The notes under the pieces are model-generated. The model was not told the DNA's origin. It worked only from the letters and a program-made list of their open reading frames with translations, and searched no databases. A program made the translations under genes and the position numbers. Source: Cyanophora paradoxa CCMP329 (Eukaryota; Plantae; Glaucophyta). From it: 64,000 nt of DNA. This document shows, piece by piece, positions 57,458 to 64,000 of the stretch. Within the stretch, counting starts at the first letter, position 1. The number at the start of each line of letters is the position of its first letter. Location: the NCBI GenBank assembly GCA_004431415.1, contig QPMI01000064.1, forward strand, positions 62,001 to 126,000. The letters are read 5' to 3'.

Positions 57458-57834
57458 GTACGATAACGATCGGCGGCGCCGGCTATCGCATTTATTTTTT
57501 TGGAAGTTCCCCGACAGCTCGAAGTCTCAGGTCTTGACGTCCGACGGTCACAGTGCCTGTCACTGGCCCACGCTATGAGTTGGGCCCATCAGTGTTGCTG
57601 AAATTTTATGATCCCAAAATTATTATCCCGGCCCATAGGCCAAAGTTTCCTGCCAGTGGGCCAATTTGGCAGATCTTGGCTCCTCCACCGCCCCCACCAC
57701 CAACCAGAAACATGCGTTAGTGTACCCCCAGCTGCAATTCACTGCTTTGTTCATATCCGATGTTCACTCTGCTCTTTAGGAGTTGACGTCAACTGCGATC
57801 CTGAAGTACTTAATCTGCTCCAGAACCCTAGAAT

Positions 57835-59069
57835 CCGACCCGTGAGCGCGCGCGCCCGGCCTCGAACCCCTTCAAACGTCTTACGTCCGGGCACGCGTCA
57901 GGTTGAGCTGCCCCGCCGCGGCGCGGGGGCCCTTGGGGACTTCAAGGCCGGCGCCACGGCCGCCGCCTGCCGGCCCCTCGCCAACCTCTACCGAGCCGGA
58001 TCCACGTGCGTAACTATAGCGGCGACCCCCGCGACCGCCCCCAACTGCAGCTTTGGATCTGAGCGCGCGGCTTCGGATCCGGTCCGCCCAGGTGGCAGCC
58101 GGCGACGCTGGACGCGGCCGGCAACCTCCTCGTCCCCTACGACGCCCAGGCCGCCACGGTCGCGGTCGTGAAGGCGGGCGACGGGACAGCGGCGCTCGAG
58201 TTCTCCGGCGCGCTGCCGGCGGGGGCGGCCCTGCCGGCCAACCCCGCCTGGCGGGTCGGCGTCGTCTACCAGGCCTTCAAGAACTCGACCTGCTCCAGTA
58301 CCTCGGCGGTGCGGCGCGCGGGCGGGCGGGCCGGGGCCGGGGGGCTCGCCGAGCCGGACGAACTAATTGAGCCCATCCCGCCGCCCGCGCGCCGCGGCTC
58401 TCGGGTTGACGTTGTTTGTGGTCCCGGCAGCCCCTAGGTTCTGAACCCGAACACCCAAACGAACAGCTTCCCCTCCCTCTCCGAGTGCGCAGCTGTACCC
58501 CCCGCCCCCCGGGCCCGCCCTCGCCTCAGACTTGCGCCGTGCACTCGAGCTCACGCTGTGTACCTCTCTGGCACGCAGCGTCAAGGTCAAGAGCGGTGGG
58601 ATATTCATAGTCTGAGCGTCGGATACTCGTGATTCAGGAACTCATTTACACGCCCCCGGCACGGCCCGCAGGAACGCACTACAAGGCGGTGACGACGGCC
58701 AAGCTGGTGGACTCGGCCACGGGCGAGGCGGCGGCGACGCTGCTGGAGGGCCAAGTCGGGGCCTGCACCGCCCTCCCCAGCGGCGTCCGGCGCCTCGACG
58801 AGGAGCCCCAGGCGCGCCGAGCCCCCCTCCGCCCCCTCTCCAAATTCAAGTCTGAATGACGGCCCCGCAGACCGCCGAGGAGGAGGAGGCGGGACCAGAG
58901 GCGGAGGGGGAGGCGGGGGCGGAGGACGAGCTGCTGCTGCTGCTGGCCGGCTTCGAGCTGAACTTCGAGGCGCGTTTCTAATTATAAAATCTAGCCGTTA
59001 CTCTGGCACCGAACCGATCGTCAGGATCTGGAGGCTATGGTGGCCCTGGGCCATCCTATGGTGGCCTGA
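57835..59069 (+). pseudogene. 5'-truncated copy of the Cys-rich gene (C-terminal exons only)
   Basis: Homology starts mid-gene, right after unrelated AT-rich DNA. Confidence 0.7.
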
Positions 59070-59355
59070 GATGCTTGAATTCAATAGTTAATTTATAGAT
59101 TTGGATCTGATCGGTAGCGTGCACGTGGTCTGATGGGATGCTGTACATTTGAATGTCGGCTCCCCTTTTCGCAGCTTGCAATCATCTCTCGCCGCGCTGA
59201 AATGCGGGGGCCGGGAGGAGGGGGGGGGGGGGAGGGAGGGGCGGGGGGGGGGGGGGGAGGCGGAGGAGGAGGGAGTGGGGGCGGGAGGGGGGGAAGGGGG
59301 GAAAGGGAGGGGAGTGGGGGAGAGAGGGGGGTACTGCTCGCGCTCTCCTTTTCCC

Positions 59356-61015
59356 GACCGGCGAGCCGCGCCGCCGCCCACCGCGCCTCCGCCCCGCCCG
59401 TCGAGCCGCGCCGCCGCCCACCGCGCCTCCGCCCGCCCGGCGAGCCGCGCCGCCGCCCACCGCTCCTCCCCCCGCCCGTCGAGCCGCCTCCCCGCCCGGC
59501 GAGCCGCGCCGCCGCCCACCGCTCCTCCCTCCGCCATCGAGCCGCCTCCCCGACCGGCGAGCCGCGCCGCCGCCCACCGCGCCTCCGCCCCGCCCGGCGA
59601 GCCGCGCCGCCGCCCACCGCTCCTCTCCCCGCCCGTCGAGCCGCCTCCCCGCCGGCGAGCCGCGCCGCCGCCCGTCGAGCCTCCGCCCGCCCGTCGAGCC
59701 GCGCCGCCGCCCGCCGAGCCTCCTCCCGCCCGGAGAGCCGTGCCGCCGCCCGCCGCGCCTCCGCCCCGCCCGGCGAGCCGCGCCGCCTCCCACCGCGCCT
59801 CCGCCCCGCCAGGCGAGCCGTGCCGCCGCCCGCCGCGCCTCCGCCCCGCCCTGCGAGCCGCGCCGCCGCCCACCACGCCTCCGCCCCGCCCTGCGAGCCG
59901 CGCCGCGGCCCCCGCGCCTCCGGCCGGCCAGGCAGGCCGCGCCGCCGCCCGCCGAGCCCCCGCCCCGCGCAGCGACTCCAGCGAGCCGCGCCGTCGCCCG
60001 CCGCGCCCCCGCCAGCTGCCACGACTTCATCGCAGTCTGTTCGACGATATCTTGTCAGAAACAGCTTACGGAGACCGCCCGCGCATCGCCCGAGCAGCGC
60101 GGACCTGCCGTAGGCTAAGCCTCCGCGTATATCGGAGAGCGCGCGCTTTGCCGCAGGCTGACACGGCTTCTTCGCAATCTGTTCGATGATATCTTGTTAG
60201 AAACAGCTTACGGAGACCGCCCGCGCATCGCTCGAGCAGCGCGGCCGTGAGCATCCATGGCCAGCTTAACAGTCGTGCGTGCGGCGCGCCCGCGAGCCCG
60301 CCGATGACCTCAGCTAGCGCTTCTTGCGTCGCGGATTCGTCCGGCTCGGGCTCGGCCGCGGGCTCGCCAAAACGCGTCCGCGGTCGGAGTGGCGCTCGGC
60401 GGCCTTGAGCTCGCTCGATTGCTGGACGTGGGCATGGTTAGCCTGCTGTGGCGGACGTCGCCCCGGTCTTGCTTCGCGGTCTTGCCAGCATTTCACTCCG
60501 GGGGGAACAAGTGGGGGGGGGGAACCGCGTTTTTTTTGGTAGCACGCATTGCCACGCAACCGCCGAGCTCACGGGCAGCTTGCCAGGCCGTGCGCATGCC
60601 CCGCGGCTGGACCCGCTCTGAAGGGTCAGTTCGCCCGCGCTTGGTCCGTTCAAACGGTTCTTGACTGCGGAACCACCGACGACGTCTTCGGCGGCCCCGC
60701 GCGCGCGCATATGCATATGCTTAAGCTTGTCTGTAAGTGTTTGTTTCTCGCAGCTTGCAGCCCTGCGAAGTCTCGAGCATGAGATCGAGTTTGGGCAAAA
60801 GCATGCGCATGCGCAGCGCGCGCCGCGCGCGTGCATCTGGCACATCTGGCTGCCTGTTTTTATTGCATTTGATAGCACATTGAACTTGATTACAGCGCTC
60901 CTGGAGACGTTTTCCGAGCCGAGGTGAACCAAATTCGTTCACCTCGGGGTGAAATAAGCTCAAAATGGGTGAATGAACTGTTTCACCCCGGGGTGAACGA
61001 ATTTTCTGGCTCCCA
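59356..61015. mobile_element. ~1.66-kb insertion with GC minisatellite, internal direct repeat and terminal nested hairpins
   Basis: Absent from copy 1; flanked by a duplicated G-rich block plus tactgctcgcgctctccttttccc; ~40-bp cggcgagccgcgccgccgcccaccgc array at 59356-60010. Confidence 0.6.
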
Positions 61016-61274
61016 GTGGGAGGGAGGGGCCGGGGGGGCGGGGAGGCGGAGGAGGAGGGGAGTGGGGCGGGGGGGGGGGGGGGGGGGGGGGGAGTGGGGG
61101 AGTGAGGGGGGGTACTGCTCGCGCTCTCCTTTTCCCAATTTGCAAGGCCGATACTAGGGGGGGCGAACTCGCTGATCGCGGCCGAATGCCGGCGCGAACT
61201 GACTGCGCATGCCGCACTCCGGCTGAACTAAAAATTAAAGCGAGAGCTGACCGCAGCCACGAGGCCGGCCCGAG

Positions 61275-63588
61275 CTAGCCCGAGGCCTCCGAGGCCTTAA
61301 GGGCGGCCATGGACTCCTGGAGACGGGCGCGGACGGCCCGGATGCGGCCGCTATCCTCCGGGAAGTGCTCCGGGAACCGGGCGTACGCCTGCGCGCGCGC
61401 GGGGCGCCCCGCTCATGATCAGGACTACGCCTCAATCAAGGCTCGCTCGCTCGCGATCATCGGATCGAAATTGAAGGCTAGGGGGGCGGGGGGAGGCGCC
61501 TCGAGGCACTTGTGGAGGGCGGCAACGGCGCCCTTGTGCTCGCCCGTCGCCGCCAGAATGTCGCCGTAGCACCTGCAAGGGGCGACTCGGCGACCCGGCG
61601 GCTCGGCGGCTCGGGCGGCGGCCCGCGGGGCGATTGGCGACGCTGAATTCGAAGGGACCCACCAGAGGACGTGGGCAAGCTGGGGCGTCGTCTGCCCCGG
61701 GTCCGCTGCCTGCCCGGGCGTCAGCTGCAGGCCTCCCGTGGAGCTGTAGTTAGCTAGGCCTAGGGCGGGGCGGGGCGGGGCGCCTTCATGACGAAGCTGA
61801 CGAGCTTGAGGGTGCGCAGCAGGTCGGCCGCCGCCATCGGGCCCTCCAGCTCGGAATTGCGCCGCCGCAGCCTGCCCCCCGGCCCCGACCCCCGCCGCGC
61901 TCATGACCAGAGCGGCCCCAGCGCTAGGGTGGCCCGGGGCGGGCCGGGGCGGGCCGGGGGGCGCACCAGATCTTGGAGATGTTGAAGCCGTCCGCGTCCC
62001 TGCGAAACGCGTAACATTAAATTCGAATTCAATTGAATTCGGAACACAGCACAAATGAACGCCGCGGTCGCGGGGCCGGCGGCGCACAGGACCGGAACCC
62101 GGAAAAGTTTTAAAAGAGTATCGATTTGAACAGAGTTAATAGGGTATACGTATCGGGGCGTACCCGTAGGCGTGGAGGCGCTCGGAGCGGATGTACTCGA
62201 CCATGCGACGGTACTGCTGGAACGCCGCCGTTATCCGCCCTGCGCATGCGCGCGCCCCCGGGCCCGCTTCAGCTCGCGCCCGTCGGCCTGCAGCTGTGCC
62301 GCGCCGGGCGGCCGCCTCGGGTCCCGTGGGGCCCGGGCGCACTTGCGCGGAAGAGGACGTAGACGAGGCTCTGCGAGGCGGAGCGGGGCGCCTCAGGCCG
62401 AGGAGGGGGGGGGGGGGGGGGGGGGGGCTTCGGAAGGAGGAGGGGAGGGGGGGGGGAGAGGGGGGGGAGAGCAGCTGCAGCTGCAGGCGGGGCCGGGCGA
62501 CTCGGGGGCGGGGAGAGGGCCGGAGAGGGAATGGGATGGGTGGGAAGGGAGGAGGAGGGGGGGGAGGGGGGGGGAAGGGGAAGGTGGAGGGGGGTTGCGG
62601 ACGGCGTGGAGGCGGACGATCTTCTGGCGGAGGGGCACGCGCATCGCCTCGAGCACGGCGAGGCTCCGCTGCGCGAGGGCCACCGCCGCATCCCACCGCT
62701 TCCCCTGGCTCGCCCGCACGACTGCACCCGCGGACGCACGTGCACGGCCAGCCGCCCACGTGAACCTTCGGCCACCGCCGGCGCGCGGTGGCGGCAGGTC
62801 TAGGTGCGCATGCGCATGCGCACACTCGCTCATGTGGGCGTCCACCTCTACCATACGGTCGTCGTCCGTCTCCGTGTACCAGTACCTGCCGCCGCGCGCG
62901 TTAACGTTGCGGGCGTGATCATGAGGCATGCGCAGTTGCAATCGCGGGCGAGCCCCGGCGGCCGCAGGCCGGCCGTCCGGATCCGCGAGCTCGAGCGGCC
63001 CAATCAATCGCATGTTCAGCAACGCTGCGCGGGCGCGCGGGGGGCGGACATGCGGTCGATGAAGTGGTCGGCCATGTCGAGCCGGTCTGTATAGAGGTGC
63101 ACTGAGGCCAGGAACCGCAGCACCCGCGCCTGCTCGCCCCAGCGCGCCCGCTCACTGAGTCAGCGGGGGGCGGGGGCGGGGGCGGGATCGGGGGCGGGGT
63201 TGGTGGTGCCTCGAGGCGGGACGGGGAGAGGCCGGCTTTCAGGAGGAGGCTCCACGCCGCAAAGAGCGGCTCCGCGCAGTCCTCCGGCCGCTATACCCCC
63301 GCCGCGGTTCGGCGGTCAGCACCGGCGCGGGCCCCAACCCCTCTCCAAAGTGCCTGCGCTAGCGCTGCAACCTCCGGATCCGCGACCATCCCTTCCCTCC
63401 CTCCCCGAGGCAGGCTGCAGGCGTATGTACGTAGGGCGAGTCCTGCACCTTCTCGCAGAAGGCGATGCAGGCCTGAAGGAAGAGCGCCTCGAATTGCAAC
63501 TCCGGCGCCGCGTTCGCCCAGTCCGCCCCGATCCGCAGCGCCTTCGTCGCCAGCTGCCCCGCCCCGCAGCCTCGCCGGCAATGCAGAA

Positions 63589-63629
<41 letters not shown>

Positions 63630-64000
63630 CGGGGCGCGCCTGGTTGTAGCAATCGGGCCGGATAAGAAGCATGTCGTTCGTCACCATGATCTGGCGGGTG
63701 CGTTACAATCAGCGGGCGTAATACCGGCGGGGGGAGGGCGGGTGGGTGGCCGCGGGAGGCCGCACGTTGCTCACCGGCTCGATGCCGAGGGCAGCGCAGA
63801 GGTTGCAGCAGTGAGCGACCATTGCCCGCGCGTCCTCCCCGCGCTTCCAGGTGTCAGGACTGCCGCCGCCCCCGGGCCCCGGCCCGGCCCGATCGCGATC
63901 AGCCTCGACGCCGCGAACGCGATGGCGATCACGATCGGAAGGGGGTCGCGAGCGCACGCGGCGATGATGGCGGACAGAAGAGACGCTACCACCGCGTCCG
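61275..64000 (-). CDS. Second copy of the TPR-like gene (3' part; continues beyond the window)
   Basis: Near-identical exons to 50253-52968; stop at 61275-61277. Confidence 0.55.

Larger units (their letters stand above)
57835..64000. repeat. Segmental tandem duplication, copy 2 (runs off the window; carries an insertion)
   Basis: Matches 48589-52968 except for the extra 59356-61136 segment. Confidence 0.95.

Noticed and set aside
59088-60189. Five overlapping 260-350 aa ORFs on both strands
   Set aside because: They are translations of a stop-free GC minisatellite and have no domain signal

Overview
Eukaryotic, very GC-rich, intron-dense nuclear DNA. The ORF track is mostly uninformative because genes are split into many short exons, so I assembled gene models by eye; boundaries are approximate where stated. 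Two proteins start with Phe-containing plastid-type transit peptides (MAFIVPVP..., MFVASL...), which suggests a glaucophyte such as Cyanophora (inference). Genes in order: F-box/LRR-like (-), formate/nitrite transporter (+), RimP with a large acidic insert (-), prolyl oligopeptidase with about 36 introns (+), lower-GC Ser-Pro surface glycoprotein (-), RGG-tailed UPF1-like SF1 helicase (+), beta/gamma-crystallin protein with tandem Erv46-like Cys modules (-), a ~12.5 kb low-complexity charged multi-block protein (+), D-2-hydroxyacid dehydrogenase (+), Cys-rich repeat protein (+) and a TPR-like gene (-). The 3' parts of the last two are tandemly duplicated (offset ~9.25 kb) next to MITE/TE debris. 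The most interesting signals are: (1) a CpA->TpA substitution bias between duplicate copies, possibly RIP-like or non-CG methylation; (2) a GTACCC/poly-C intron signature that switches on within gene bodies; (3) about 28% GC-AG introns in the oligopeptidase gene; (4) introns that grow by duplicating their own donor junction; (5) the block-copolymer protein; (6) the crystallin/Erv46-module fusion.
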